IMG/VR virus record: IMGVR_UViG_3300033463_000003 | From: a virus | Taxonomy: Duplodnaviria; Heunggongvirae; Uroviricota; Caudoviricetes | Length of the DNA: 64,000 nt | Strand: one strand, 5' to 3' | Shown: positions 30,878 to 41,817 of the stretch, piece after piece | Position numbering within the stretch: the first letter of the stretch is position 1 | Layout: each line of letters begins with the position of its first letter | Program-made: the position numbers and the translations under genes | The notes under the pieces: model-generated | Told to the model about the DNA's origin: nothing | Seen by the model: the letters and a program-made list of their open reading frames with translations, nothing else | Database searches by the model: none

Positions 30878-31656
30878 TGAGCCTACCAAGAATTGCAGAA
30901 AGCAGAGTTGCTGAAATCGTTAAAGAATGTGTCCAGGTGCTAAATAATATTGGGCCAGATTTTTACTTATCTGAAGATGACTTTGAATTTGCTGGCTTAT
31001 TTGAAGCAACTGGTTTACAAGGTCAAACAGGCTTAGGAACAGATGATGGCCAAACATTTAAGCAAAAAGTATTATTTAATGCTAATTTGCTTCGTGAAGG
31101 TTTAGAAAATGCTTATCTTAACACAATTTATCATGAGCTTCTTCATGTTATTGTTAATAAATATATGATTGAGCATAATATTATTAAGCTAGATGAAAAG
31201 GGTGATTTTAAAGTCCTTGATGAAAAATTCTTTAAAGCTATTGAAGAAGATAATGGTCATGGCGGACTTTGGCTAGAGCTTGCTGTTAGAGTAAATAAAG
31301 TTTTAGGCTTAGAAATTCCAATTACTCCATACTGTAATAAGCGTGAAGTTAATGCAGTTATTGAGGCCAGTATTGAAGATTATGGGGAATTTGCTATTGA
31401 AATTACTTGTCAAAACTGTGATTCAAGCTTAAAATTATTATCTGCAACAAATCGTGAAGAACTGCCAGTTTTACCAATGCTTATAGAAATGTATTTAGAT
31501 ACAAAAGAAAAAAGATCTAATAAATTTTGTAAAAAATGTGGTGGAACATTGTATATTATTATAAGGGATAATAGGCTTATTGATTATTTAGAAGATAAAA
31601 TCAATAATGATTTATTAGGTGTATTTATTTCCCTTAGAAGGCAGTTTCTAAATTAG
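30877..31656 (+). CDS. SprT-like zinc metalloprotease
   Basis: HELLH, distal H (NGHGG.W), C-terminal CxxC pairs. Confidence 0.65.
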   Translation: MSLPRIAESRVAEIVKECVQVLNNIGPDFYLSEDDFEFAGLFEATGLQGQTGLGTDDGQTFKQKVLFNANLLREGLENAYLNTIYHELLHVIVNKYMIEHNIIKLDEKGDFKVLDEKFFKAIEEDNGHGGLWLELAVRVNKVLGLEIPITPYCNKREVNAVIEASIEDYGEFAIEITCQNCDSSLKLLSATNREELPVLPMLIEMYLDTKEKRSNKFCKKCGGTLYIIIRDNRLIDYLEDKINNDLLGVFISLRRQFLN

Positions 31657-31669
31657 GAGGCCGTAGATC

Positions 31670-31984
31670 ATGAAGATGTTTATTGAACATAAAGATTATC
31701 TTCCAGAGGGTTGGACTTTTGACAGAATTATTGAAGCTATTGAAGCAAAACAAGCTAAGCCATTTACTCGTGAAGCTTTAGCTGAAATTGTTTCAGAAGA
31801 AGCATTAAATCTAACTGAAGATGATTTAATAGAATATTTAGTTAAACACTACCAAGAAGAAGAGGAACCAGTTCCACCATTCTTAACTAGTTTAATGCCA
31901 CAGCAAAGATTTGCTTATGCGGAAAATCTTGATAAAGATGATGAATTAAATCAAGAATTTCCTGATCCAAAAGAAGAAAAATAA
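31670..31984 (+). CDS. Hypothetical acidic protein
   Basis: RBS AGGAGG. Confidence 0.55.
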   Translation: MKMFIEHKDYLPEGWTFDRIIEAIEAKQAKPFTREALAEIVSEEALNLTEDDLIEYLVKHYQEEEEPVPPFLTSLMPQQRFAYAENLDKDDELNQEFPDPKEEK

Positions 31985-32036
31985 TTGCTAAATTAAATAG
32001 ATGCTCAGGGGTGATTTGGCTTTTAAATCTGCCTCA

Positions 32037-32091
32037 GAAACTATACTTATTTCTACAGATAAACTTTGAAAATTTAGCCGCTAGTTAGTTC
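32037..32091 (+). ncRNA. Conserved carrier element copy F (no tRNA cargo)
   Basis: GAAACTATACTTATTTCTA...CTAGTTAGTTC; AACTA/TAGTT is a compensatory variant of the family stem; nested in ATGCTC/GAGCAT stem after a GCTAAATT motif. Confidence 0.65.
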
Positions 32092-32186
32092 GAGCATTTA
32101 AGATAAAATATCAACGATATTTAACTTAAAAGATACTGTAAATGATACCCAAAAATACTTCCTTACAAGATTCTATTATTAAGTTA

Positions 32187-32220
32187 AATATCGCTCAAAA
32201 AAATGAGCGATATTTTATTT
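32187..32220 (+). terminator. Intrinsic terminator overlapping a competing 15-bp helix
   Basis: AATATCGCTC/GAGCGATATT + U-rich tail. Confidence 0.7.
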
Positions 32221-32289
32221 TTATACCAATTTTAAGAAAAATATTATTGTATAATAAAATGAAGTATTGTAAAGATAGGAGCAAGTAAG

Positions 32290-32844
32290 ATGCAATTTAT
32301 TAAAACAAGACAAGTTAAAGATCCAGTTAGAGTAGTCGGTGAAAATGCTGGAATTGATATTTATATTCCAGAAAATACTGATGAATTTAAGAAAGACTTT
32401 TTAGCAAAAAACCCAAATTTTGAGGCACCTGAGGTATTAGATGAATCAGATGTAACACCAAGACTACTTGGTAAAAGCTATTTTTATAAAGGACAAATTA
32501 TTATTGCACCTCATCAAGATGCTATTATTCCAAGTGGTATTAGAAGTAAATTTGGGCCAGAACTTGCTTTAATTGCAAATAATAAGTCTGGTATTGCAAC
32601 AAAGAAAAAACTTGTTTTTGGCGCATCTGTTATTGATTGCTCATATCAAGGTGAGTGGCATCTACATTTAATTAATACTTCTGATACATATCAAGTGCTT
32701 AAGTGTGGTGAAAAAGCTATTCAGTTTATTCCACATTTAATTTCAACTGAACCTGTAGAAATTTTGGATTTATCACCAGAAGAATTTTACACAGAAAAAA
32801 CAAGTCGTGGTGAGGGTTGGCAAGGAAGCACAGGTTTAAAATAA
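32290..32844 (+). CDS. dut: Trimeric dUTPase
   Basis: AGID, NKSG, IDCSYQGE, RGEGWQGSTG. Confidence 0.9.
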   Translation: MQFIKTRQVKDPVRVVGENAGIDIYIPENTDEFKKDFLAKNPNFEAPEVLDESDVTPRLLGKSYFYKGQIIIAPHQDAIIPSGIRSKFGPELALIANNKSGIATKKKLVFGASVIDCSYQGEWHLHLINTSDTYQVLKCGEKAIQFIPHLISTEPVEILDLSPEEFYTEKTSRGEGWQGSTGLK

Positions 32845-32856
32845 GGGAGGAGTTTT

Positions 32857-33540
32857 ATGGAGTGTTTTTTATACGATAATTGTAATCATAAAGATTGTAA
32901 TGCTCCAGTCTGTTTACGTAGATATAAATTAGAATATTTATATAATGCTTCTTTATTATCAGGGCAGCAACGTAAGCATCTAGTTTTGAAAATTGACGAA
33001 GATGGTACAGACTTTGAAGAGTTTACAAAGTTAGCTTCAATAGCTCAAAATATTGATACCTTTGTTTCAGAAGGTCAAAATCTTTTCTTACACTCAAGTG
33101 TTTGTGGCAATGGTAAATCAAGTTGGGCCATTAGAATGATTGAAGCATATTTAAATAGAATTTGGCCACAAGCAGATTTATCTTGTAAGGCTTTATTTAT
33201 TAGTGTTCCAAGATTTTTGTTAGCTTTAAAAGAAGGCATTTCATCACATAACACATATGCAGAATATATTAAAGAAAATATAATGACTGCTGATTTAGTT
33301 GTTTGGGATGATATTGCAGCTAAAGTAGGAACTGAGTTTGAGTTAAATCATTTATTAAGTTTGATCGAAGGTAGAACATCTGCTGGTAAATCAAATATTT
33401 ATACTTCCAATTTAAATGCAAATGAAATTAAAGTTGCATTAGGTGATCGCGTTGCAAGCCGTGTTTGTAATTTATCTATTGATATTGAGCTTCATGGAAA
33501 AGATAAACGTAATTTAGGTTCACAAGGAGGTAATAAATAA
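32857..33540 (+). CDS. DnaC/IstB-like helicase loader ATPase
   Basis: CGNGKS P-loop, VWDD, YTSN, LGDRVASR. Confidence 0.8.
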   Translation: MECFLYDNCNHKDCNAPVCLRRYKLEYLYNASLLSGQQRKHLVLKIDEDGTDFEEFTKLASIAQNIDTFVSEGQNLFLHSSVCGNGKSSWAIRMIEAYLNRIWPQADLSCKALFISVPRFLLALKEGISSHNTYAEYIKENIMTADLVVWDDIAAKVGTEFELNHLLSLIEGRTSAGKSNIYTSNLNANEIKVALGDRVASRVCNLSIDIELHGKDKRNLGSQGGNK

Positions 33541-34829
33541 TGATTAGTCAAGTACAATTTATTAATAAAATTTTACAAGATAAAGATTTTTCATTGGTCA
33601 CTTTGAATAATCTATCAGCTGATTATTTCTTTAATTACCGCGCTGAATTTAATTATATTAAGAACCATTATGACTTATATAAAACGGTTCCAGATAAGTT
33701 AACATTTGCTAATGCTTTCCCAGATTTTGACTTTGTGGAAGTTAATGAGCCAATTGAATATTTGCTTGACCAATTATATAAAGATTATAACCAAAGCTAC
33801 TTAGCAACAAGATTTAATCAGGTTAAGAAGTTATTAGAGCAAGATAAGATTGATGATGCTGTTAAATACTTTATGGATTCAACAGAAAATATTCATCAAG
33901 GTGCTGCTATGACTTGTACCGATTTAACTACTGATACATCACGTTATGACCGTTATGTTGAAAAAACTAAAGATTGGAGCAAAGGTTATATTTCAACTGG
34001 TTTTCCAGAAGTTGATAAGTTAATTGGTGGTATTGACCGTGAAAATGAAAACATGGTTATTGCTGCTAGAACAGGTATAGGTAAAACTTATACTATGTTA
34101 AAGATGGCTGCTTCGGCTTCAGAACAAGGTTTTACAGTTGGTATTTATGAAGGTGAAATGACTGCTGATAAAGTTGGTTATCGTATTGATACATTATTAG
34201 GAAATATTAATAACTCCTATATTACAAGAGGCCGCTCAGAAGTTAATTATGAATATCAAAACTATATTAAAGGTTTGGCAGGTCGTAATCTTGGGCCAAT
34301 TAAAGTTATTACACCAACTGATGTATCTGGTCCTGTAACTGTTAATACTTTAAGAGCATTTATTATCAGAGAGCATATTCAAATTATGTTTGTTGACCAA
34401 TATTCTTTACTTGAAGATACAAGTCATGCAAGAACATCATTTGAGCGTGTTGGTAATATTGCTAAAGAAATTAAAAAGCTTCAAGTTGAGTTGGGTATTC
34501 CAATTATTGCTGTTTCCCAAATGAATAGAACTAAAACAGATAGTGGTGAACAAGATACAACTCAAATTGGCTTGTCTGATATGATCCCACAATATGCTAC
34601 AGTGCTTTTAATGCTTGATAGAAAAGATGAAGATAAATTAGTTATCAATATCGTTAAGTCACGTGATGGTGGCGGAAATAAGAAATTAACATATATCTGT
34701 GATTGGAATAACGGTATATTTACATATTTACCAGATGAAAAGGATTCAGTATCAACACATGAAGATATTGAAAATATTCGTGAAAGCTATAATATGCCAT
34801 TAGCAGATAATGATGGAACAGTATTCTAA
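33540..34829 (+). CDS. dnaB: Replicative helicase (DnaB family)
   Basis: AARTGIGKT, VDQY, SQMNR, KSRDG. Confidence 0.9.
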   Translation: MISQVQFINKILQDKDFSLVTLNNLSADYFFNYRAEFNYIKNHYDLYKTVPDKLTFANAFPDFDFVEVNEPIEYLLDQLYKDYNQSYLATRFNQVKKLLEQDKIDDAVKYFMDSTENIHQGAAMTCTDLTTDTSRYDRYVEKTKDWSKGYISTGFPEVDKLIGGIDRENENMVIAARTGIGKTYTMLKMAASASEQGFTVGIYEGEMTADKVGYRIDTLLGNINNSYITRGRSEVNYEYQNYIKGLAGRNLGPIKVITPTDVSGPVTVNTLRAFIIREHIQIMFVDQYSLLEDTSHARTSFERVGNIAKEIKKLQVELGIPIIAVSQMNRTKTDSGEQDTTQIGLSDMIPQYATVLLMLDRKDEDKLVINIVKSRDGGGNKKLTYICDWNNGIFTYLPDEKDSVSTHEDIENIRESYNMPLADNDGTVF

Positions 34830-34830
34830 T

Positions 34831-35802
34831 ATGCTTAAAATTGAAGATTATATTTTAGAAACAGATGTTGAAAGTGTACTTTCCAAACTACAATTAGCTT
34901 TAACAAATGGTAAGTTATCAAACTTTAGACGAACATCATCTGGTATAAGTGTGCCTTGCCCATTCCATGCTGATGGACATGAACAACATAATTCTTGCTT
35001 TATTACAGATGAAGGCATTTATCACTGCTTTACTTGTAATAGTGCTGGCACATTTTTAAAGTTTGTTGCAGGATGCTTTGGATCTTCTGAAGATTATGCT
35101 AAAAATTGGTTAACTTCTAACTTTCCAGCTACTAAAGAAGAGGTAGTAAGTATTGGTGAAGATATTATTATTCCAAGAAAGCAAGTAAAGATATTACAAC
35201 AGCCAAAGCAAAAAGTAGTAGATAATTCGCCATTAGATGGGTATCAAAGTTGGTGCCCATATTTAGGCCAAAGAAAACTTAGTCGAGCTGTTTGTGAAAA
35301 GTTTAATGTTAAGTATGATCCAAAATATCGCCAAGTCATATTTCCATGTTATGATAATAATGGTAATTTAATCACAATGCCAAGAAGAAATATTGATACA
35401 AAAGTATTCTACTTAGATAAAGATTTAGAAAAGCCATTATATTGTATGCATTATATTAAACAAAAAAATATTCAACAATGTATGATTGTAGAAGGTCCAA
35501 TTGATTGCTTAACTTGCTGGACAAATGGCGTTCCTGCAATAGCGACTATGGGCTCTGTTACAGAAGAGCAAATACAAAAATTGAATAAATCAAATATTAA
35601 TATTTTATATTTATGCTTTGATAATGATGATGCTGGAAGAAAGTTTGCTGCCAGGGTCAAATCAAAATTAAACAGAAGGATATTAACTATTGATGTCAAC
35701 CTTCCAAAAAACAGAAAAGATGTTAATGATCTTACAATTGATGAGTGGGAAAATTTAATTTCTACTTATAATTTGCCAAAATTTGATATTAAAACAGCTT
35801 AA
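34831..35802 (+). CDS. dnaG: DNA primase (CHC2 Zn finger + TOPRIM)
   Basis: CPFH, HCFTC, VEG.ID, FDND.AG, KDVND. Confidence 0.88.
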   Translation: MLKIEDYILETDVESVLSKLQLALTNGKLSNFRRTSSGISVPCPFHADGHEQHNSCFITDEGIYHCFTCNSAGTFLKFVAGCFGSSEDYAKNWLTSNFPATKEEVVSIGEDIIIPRKQVKILQQPKQKVVDNSPLDGYQSWCPYLGQRKLSRAVCEKFNVKYDPKYRQVIFPCYDNNGNLITMPRRNIDTKVFYLDKDLEKPLYCMHYIKQKNIQQCMIVEGPIDCLTCWTNGVPAIATMGSVTEEQIQKLNKSNINILYLCFDNDDAGRKFAARVKSKLNRRILTIDVNLPKNRKDVNDLTIDEWENLISTYNLPKFDIKTA

Positions 35803-35885
35803 AATAGAAAAATAAAGCTGTATAATATAATGTGTTAAAATACACAAAGATAAAATTAAAGATACTATAAAAGGAGTAAAACACA

Positions 35886-36758
35886 ATGAGTCAATTTAAT
35901 TTTAATGATTATCAAAAAGTGGTTACAAAGGCTCAATCAGGCCCAGCCACAAATTCCGTGAAAATCGGTTTCTTCAAACTTGCTCCAGGTGCAGAAGCAT
36001 TAGTTCGTATTGATTGTTCTTCACTTGATAGCCTCAAGTTTGCTACAGTCCATGCCCCAGCTTTTGGTAAAAAATTCGAAGGCCTTGGTTCTGGATTCAC
36101 ACCAGTTAGCTGCTTAAATGAAGTCGGTTCCTATTCTGATAGTTGCCCATTCTGTAAAGCTGCTGCTGAAGGCCATGAAGTTGTTGGCAAAGCTGCTAAG
36201 AAAGTTTATGTCCAAATGCTCGTTTCTTATAAAGATGCAAGTACAGGTCAATGGGCTGCTCCACTTCCAGTTGTTTGGGAACGTCCTGCAGGATTTTCAA
36301 CCGAACTTGCTGCAAAGTTAAACAATTACGGTGATTTAAGAAAAGTTTTATTTAAAGTCACACGTATTGGCGCTGGTAAAGATACTAAGTATTCATTTGA
36401 TTATGCAATGCCTGCAGTATTTAAACCAGAATTAGTTCCAGAAGATTTTTCTGCCTTTGATAACTTCAGCATTAATAAACATAGTTATTGGGAAAAATCA
36501 GCAGAAGAATTACAAGCTTATTTAGACACTGGTTCATTCCCAGCTGTTGAAGCAAAGCAAGTTGGTCCTAATGAAGCTGCTAAGGCTATTGTTGAACAAG
36601 CAGGTGGCGAAGCCAAAGTTGAAGAAGCTTTATTTGGTACAGCTGCTCCAGCTCCTCAACCAGCCCCAGCACCAGTTGCTACACCAGTTGTTGAGCAACC
36701 AGCTCCTGCTCCAGCAGAAGAAAAACCAGTTAGAAACTTTTCTGGATTTTCATTCTAA
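35886..36758 (+). CDS. Single-stranded DNA-binding protein
   Basis: Position in replication operon, C/H Zn-like motif, Pro/Ala-rich tail ending in aromatic residue. Confidence 0.65.
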   Translation: MSQFNFNDYQKVVTKAQSGPATNSVKIGFFKLAPGAEALVRIDCSSLDSLKFATVHAPAFGKKFEGLGSGFTPVSCLNEVGSYSDSCPFCKAAAEGHEVVGKAAKKVYVQMLVSYKDASTGQWAAPLPVVWERPAGFSTELAAKLNNYGDLRKVLFKVTRIGAGKDTKYSFDYAMPAVFKPELVPEDFSAFDNFSINKHSYWEKSAEELQAYLDTGSFPAVEAKQVGPNEAAKAIVEQAGGEAKVEEALFGTAAPAPQPAPAPVATPVVEQPAPAPAEEKPVRNFSGFSF

Positions 36759-36859
36759 GGTAATCTAAAAATAAATAAAAGATCCTGCAAAAATAGGATC
36801 TTTTTTATTGTATGATATAATGTGATAATTTGCGAAAATAAGCGAGGTTTATTATATAA

Positions 36860-39568
36860 ATGGTAGGATTATTTGGTGAAGAGTTTGAAATAAATGTACC
36901 AAAGCCTAAAGTAAAAGATTTAGTTAAAAAAACTAAAAAAACTGAAGAGGCTGGTAATAGTACTGAAAAACTTTTAAAGTCTAAAAAGGTTGATATTAAA
37001 GCAAAACTTGAGCTTGTTAGGCAAGAGGTTCATAAAGTATTAGGCAAGCAACAAAAAAATGTTGTTGTTATTCGTGATATTCTAACTTTTTATGCTTACA
37101 TTGATAAAGCTATTGAAAAAAAGATTATTGCTATTGATACTGAAACAAATAACTCAACAGACCCAGCTACTTGTAAAATGATGGGACTTTGTTTATATGT
37201 TCCAGGTGAAAAACAAGCATATATTCCTATTAACCATGTAAATATTGATACAGGTGAACTTTTACTAAACCAATTAACATATGAAGATTGTAGAGCTCAG
37301 TTGCAAAGGGTTCTAGACAATAATGTTTATATTTTAATGCATAATGGTAAGTTCGACTATGAGGTATTAAAAACAACTTGTAGTATTTGTGTTCCGCCTC
37401 ATTGGGATACACTTATCGGAGCAAGATTAATTGATGAAAATCTATATAGTGATAAGAAAACAAGTTTAAAATATCTATATGTTACTTTAATTGACCCAAC
37501 ACAAACAAAGTATGATATTGAAAACTTATTTCAGCATTTACCATATAGATTAGTTGACCCTGATTTATTTGCTTTATATGCTGCTACTGACTCTTTCATG
37601 ACATATAAGGTTTGGGAATGGGAAAAACCATATTTTGAAGGTCCTGAAAATGCTAGACTTAAATGGTTGGCTGAAAATATTGAAATGCCAATTGTCCAAG
37701 TTACAGCAGAAATGGAACTTTGTGGTGTCTGTATTGACCAAGAATTTGGTGCAAAGCTTAAAGATAAATATAATAAACAATTAACTAAAATCGATGAAGA
37801 AATTGCAAATGAGTTAAAAGTTTTGGAGCCAACAATTAAAGCTTGGAAACTTACACCAGATGCAACCAATAAATCAAAAACATATGTTCCGGCTAAGTCT
37901 AAGATGACAGCAGAAAAAATTGAACAAATGTATCCATTAGTCGAGGCTGATGGTAGACGTTATAAAGAGTCAAAGCCAAAATCTGAGCAACTTGAAGATC
38001 CAATTAATTTAGGCTCACCAGTTCAATTAGCTATTCTTTTCTATGATATTTTAGGCTGTCCTCAAGTAAGTAAAAAATCACCAAGAGGCACAGGTGAAGA
38101 AGAGCTTGAAGCTATTGCTGAAAAGATGCCTGATTTAAGAATTTGTAAGTTATTAGTTGAACGTCGTGGTGTTGTTAAGTTAATTACTACATATATTGAT
38201 GTTATTCCTGAACTTGCTAAACACTGGCCTGACGGAAGAATTAGATATAGATTAAGCTCAATGGGAACTGACACTGGACGTTTTGCTTCAGGTGGTAAAT
38301 TTAGATTCCTTGATGAAAATGATGAGCCAGTTATATTAAATTCTATTAACTCACAAAATATTCCATCGCATAACCCAGAAGTTAGATTATTATTCAAAGC
38401 AGCTCCAGGTTATAAAATTGTTGGTTCAGACTATTCTGGACAAGAGCTAAGATTAGCCGCTTTCCTTAGCCAAGATAAAACATTATTGGAAGCTTATGCA
38501 AAAGATAGGGATGCTTATGCTATGATTGCAAGTGCTATGTTTGGTGTCCCATATGAAGATTGCCTTGAATTTTATCCAGAAGGTACTGAATTAGAAATTG
38601 ATGGCCAAAAAGTTATTGCTGGTAAGAAAACCCATGTTAACAAAGCAGGTAAAGAAAGAAGATCAGTTGGTAAAACATGTGTCCTTGCTGGAAACTACGG
38701 TATGGGTGGTGCAGGTGCTGGTTCACTTATGGGTAAATCTGCAAAAGAAGGTACTGAGTTATTAAATAAATACTTTACAATGTTTAGTGGCTTAAAAACT
38801 GCTATTGACCAATCTAAAGAAAATTTAAAGCGTGTTGGCTATGTTGAAGATGTAGCTGGACGTAGAAGAAGATTGCCTGATATTTATTTAAAGCCATATG
38901 AAGTTAATTTATTAAACCCAGCTGATGTTAAAGTTGATGTTAATCCATTTATTAATTGTCCAGATATTGTAATTAAAGACCCAAGAATAACTAAATGGGA
39001 AAATGCACTTAATAATAAAATTGCTGAACTTCGTCGTGCAGGTAAAGCATTTACAAATAAAAACTATGAAGATATTGCCTTAGAAGCTAAAAAAGAAGGC
39101 GTATTAATTCAAGCAAATACGGGTAGAATTGCACAAGCTGAACGTCAATGCTTTAATGCTATGATTCAAGGTTCAGCTGGTACATTAACTAAAAAAGCTA
39201 TGTTAGACATCTTCCATGATGAACAACTAAGAGCTTGGGATGCACATTTAATTATTACTGTCCATGATGAAGTTTTAGTTGAATGTAAAGAAGAATATGC
39301 AAGTTTAGTTGAAAAAAGATTGCCAGAAATTATGATTAAAGCGGCAGTTGAACTTGGTATTGTGGCTCCAAAAATGAAGTGCGACCCTTATTGTGTTAGC
39401 CGTTGGTATGCAGATACAGCAGCAGTAAGTGTCAGAGCTGAATTTGAAAAGCTAGAAAAGAAAGAAACAAGGGATGAAGCTATTATTGATTTATGCAATA
39501 ATCACCCTGAGTATACAAAAGAATGTATGCTTCAAGCTATTGAAACTGGTTCAGACCTAGAATTTTAA
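36860..39568 (+). CDS. polA: DNA polymerase family A (3'-5' exonuclease + polymerase)
   Basis: DTET, HNGKFD, YAA.D; TGRFAS, DYSGQELR, motif B R..GK...LA.NYG, IQG.A, VHDE. Confidence 0.95.
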   Translation: MVGLFGEEFEINVPKPKVKDLVKKTKKTEEAGNSTEKLLKSKKVDIKAKLELVRQEVHKVLGKQQKNVVVIRDILTFYAYIDKAIEKKIIAIDTETNNSTDPATCKMMGLCLYVPGEKQAYIPINHVNIDTGELLLNQLTYEDCRAQLQRVLDNNVYILMHNGKFDYEVLKTTCSICVPPHWDTLIGARLIDENLYSDKKTSLKYLYVTLIDPTQTKYDIENLFQHLPYRLVDPDLFALYAATDSFMTYKVWEWEKPYFEGPENARLKWLAENIEMPIVQVTAEMELCGVCIDQEFGAKLKDKYNKQLTKIDEEIANELKVLEPTIKAWKLTPDATNKSKTYVPAKSKMTAEKIEQMYPLVEADGRRYKESKPKSEQLEDPINLGSPVQLAILFYDILGCPQVSKKSPRGTGEEELEAIAEKMPDLRICKLLVERRGVVKLITTYIDVIPELAKHWPDGRIRYRLSSMGTDTGRFASGGKFRFLDENDEPVILNSINSQNIPSHNPEVRLLFKAAPGYKIVGSDYSGQELRLAAFLSQDKTLLEAYAKDRDAYAMIASAMFGVPYEDCLEFYPEGTELEIDGQKVIAGKKTHVNKAGKERRSVGKTCVLAGNYGMGGAGAGSLMGKSAKEGTELLNKYFTMFSGLKTAIDQSKENLKRVGYVEDVAGRRRRLPDIYLKPYEVNLLNPADVKVDVNPFINCPDIVIKDPRITKWENALNNKIAELRRAGKAFTNKNYEDIALEAKKEGVLIQANTGRIAQAERQCFNAMIQGSAGTLTKKAMLDIFHDEQLRAWDAHLIITVHDEVLVECKEEYASLVEKRLPEIMIKAAVELGIVAPKMKCDPYCVSRWYADTAAVSVRAEFEKLEKKETRDEAIIDLCNNHPEYTKECMLQAIETGSDLEF

Positions 39569-39579
39569 GGAGTAGTATT

Positions 39580-40707
39580 ATGCAAATTAAGACAAAAGAT
39601 TTTAAAGAGGTTGTTGACAAAATTTTATTTGCGGCAGACTTAGACAAAACAGCTGCAAACTTAGAAATCTTAGCAAAAGGTAATTCATTATATTTAACTG
39701 TTACCAATAGAGCTGAGTATTATGTTTCTGTTAAGTTTAATTTAGAGCAAGAAACAGAATTTAGAGCAGTTGTTGATGCTGCATTGTTCTTAAATCTTAT
39801 TTCTGGAATTACAACAGATGCATTTGATTTAACTATTGATAAAAATGTAGTTAAAGTTAAAGCAGGTAAGAGTAATTATAAGTTAGCCATGATTTATGAT
39901 AATGATAAGCTTATGACTTTACCTGTTATTGCTATTGGAAATAAAACAGTTGAAATGCCAATTAGTAATGATATTTTAAAGAGCATTCTTAATGTTAACA
40001 GTAAAGAATTATTAAAAGTTAAAAATATTGATGTTAGCGAATTACAACGTTTATATTATATTGATGAAACTGGCTGCTTTACATTTACAACTGGTGCATG
40101 CTTAAATTCATTTACATTAGAAAAACCTGTTAAAATGCTTCTTACTGATAGAATTGTTAAGCTATTTAAGTTATTTGATGAAGATGTTTTATTTAGTTTC
40201 GGTTATGATGCTTTACCAAACTCAATGATTCAAACTAAAGCAACATTTGAAACAGCAAATATTTATGTTGCAGCAATTCTTCCTGTTCGTGATGACTTAT
40301 TAGCTCAAGTAGTTGGTCCATGTTCAGCAACTAAAAATTATATTAATACAACATATACAAATCATTTAGTTTTATCAGTTAGTGCTTTAAATGCAGCTGT
40401 TTCAAGATTAATGTTATTTGCAAAGAATAGTGTTGAAAAAGCTAATATGCTTCGTGTTCCAGCAACTGTTGTTTTATCAGCCAATGAACTTTCTATGACT
40501 GATACTTTAGGAAATACTGAAGTTGTTGCAGTTGAAAATGAAAGCTATGTTGAAGATGGCTATACAATGATTATTAACTTAGCTGATTTAAAACTTGTCC
40601 TTGATTCATGTAAAGAAGATCATATTACTGTAAATTGTGGTAATCATAGATCTGTTATCATTTCAAGAGGTACAATTAGTAATTTAATTCCAGAAGGTAG
40701 TAAATAA
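39580..40707 (+). CDS. dnaN: Sliding clamp (DNA pol III beta-like)
   Basis: 375 aa three-domain size, C-terminal LIP-like tail, adjacent to polymerase. Confidence 0.65.
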   Translation: MQIKTKDFKEVVDKILFAADLDKTAANLEILAKGNSLYLTVTNRAEYYVSVKFNLEQETEFRAVVDAALFLNLISGITTDAFDLTIDKNVVKVKAGKSNYKLAMIYDNDKLMTLPVIAIGNKTVEMPISNDILKSILNVNSKELLKVKNIDVSELQRLYYIDETGCFTFTTGACLNSFTLEKPVKMLLTDRIVKLFKLFDEDVLFSFGYDALPNSMIQTKATFETANIYVAAILPVRDDLLAQVVGPCSATKNYINTTYTNHLVLSVSALNAAVSRLMLFAKNSVEKANMLRVPATVVLSANELSMTDTLGNTEVVAVENESYVEDGYTMIINLADLKLVLDSCKEDHITVNCGNHRSVIISRGTISNLIPEGSK

Positions 40708-41180
40708 TGGCAAATAATAGAGGCAAGGCTTGGGAACAAAAGTTTAAAGAAGATTTTAAACGATCTTTTCCTGGCGGCACTATAGACAGAATTTATGACA
40801 CTACTAATGGCTTTAAAACAATAAGTAATATTTCTGACTTTATTGGCTATAACTATCCTAATATCTTTTATTTAGAGTGTAAAAGTCATTTAGGCAATAC
40901 ATTCCCATTCCAAAACTTAACCCAATATGATAAACTAAAAGAAAAAGTAGGAATTAAAGGTGTTAGAGTTGGTGTTATTCTTTGGTTTATAGAGCATGAT
41001 AGAGTGCTTTATATTCCAATTAGCTCAATTACAAAAATGAAAGAAGATGGAAAAAAGTCAATTAATGTTAAAATGGCCGATGAAAAGCTGTATAATATTA
41101 TAGAAATTCCGTCAACTAAGAAGCGTGTATTTCTTGATTCAGATTACTCTATCTTAGCTAATTTACAGGAGGGCGAATAG
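40707..41180 (+). CDS. recU: RecU-like Holliday junction resolvase
   Basis: NRG..WE, DF.G, LECKS. Confidence 0.75.
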   Translation: MANNRGKAWEQKFKEDFKRSFPGGTIDRIYDTTNGFKTISNISDFIGYNYPNIFYLECKSHLGNTFPFQNLTQYDKLKEKVGIKGVRVGVILWFIEHDRVLYIPISSITKMKEDGKKSINVKMADEKLYNIIEIPSTKKRVFLDSDYSILANLQEGE

Positions 41181-41181
41181 T

Positions 41182-41703
41182 ATGAATGCAAAATTAGAAG
41201 CAGCATTAAATAACGTGGAAATGACATATGGTGAACTTGTAGAAATTTCAAATAGCATGTTAAAGCCAATGTTTGATCCAATTAACACATTAGTTTCAAC
41301 AATTAATTCAAGTATTAATTCATTATCTATTGACCAAATTCGTGATTATATCTTACAACTTCAATTAAAGGCTTTTGAAATAAGTGAAATTAAAGAAAAA
41401 GCAGCTCTTAAAGCTGAACTTGCTGAAACACTCCAAAAAGAAAAGTTTGCAGTTGAATTTAATGGTTTAGATGGTTCAGCGGCAGTTAAAGATAAGTTAG
41501 CTCTTGTTGCGACTTCTTCTGAAACTGTATCTGAAGCTTTGTATAACCTCGTTGCAAACCTCCTTAAAACAAAGCTTGACCAATTACATAGATTAGTAGC
41601 AGCTCTTACATCTATCTTAATGAGTAGAATGTCTGAAGCCAAGTTTATTAATGCTAATACCTCTGTTGGCCAGCCAGGTGAAAAAACATATTTAACAGAA
41701 TAA
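41182..41703 (+). CDS. Helical hypothetical protein
   Basis: ORF track. Confidence 0.55.
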   Translation: MNAKLEAALNNVEMTYGELVEISNSMLKPMFDPINTLVSTINSSINSLSIDQIRDYILQLQLKAFEISEIKEKAALKAELAETLQKEKFAVEFNGLDGSAAVKDKLALVATSSETVSEALYNLVANLLKTKLDQLHRLVAALTSILMSRMSEAKFINANTSVGQPGEKTYLTE

Positions 41704-41817
41704 TTATTAGATTATTTTGACTCAAATGTAGCTATAAAAGGCTACATTTTTTATATAAAAACATTAAAAATATTAAAATTATACCGTATAATATAATATA
41801 GGATAGGAGCAAAAGCT

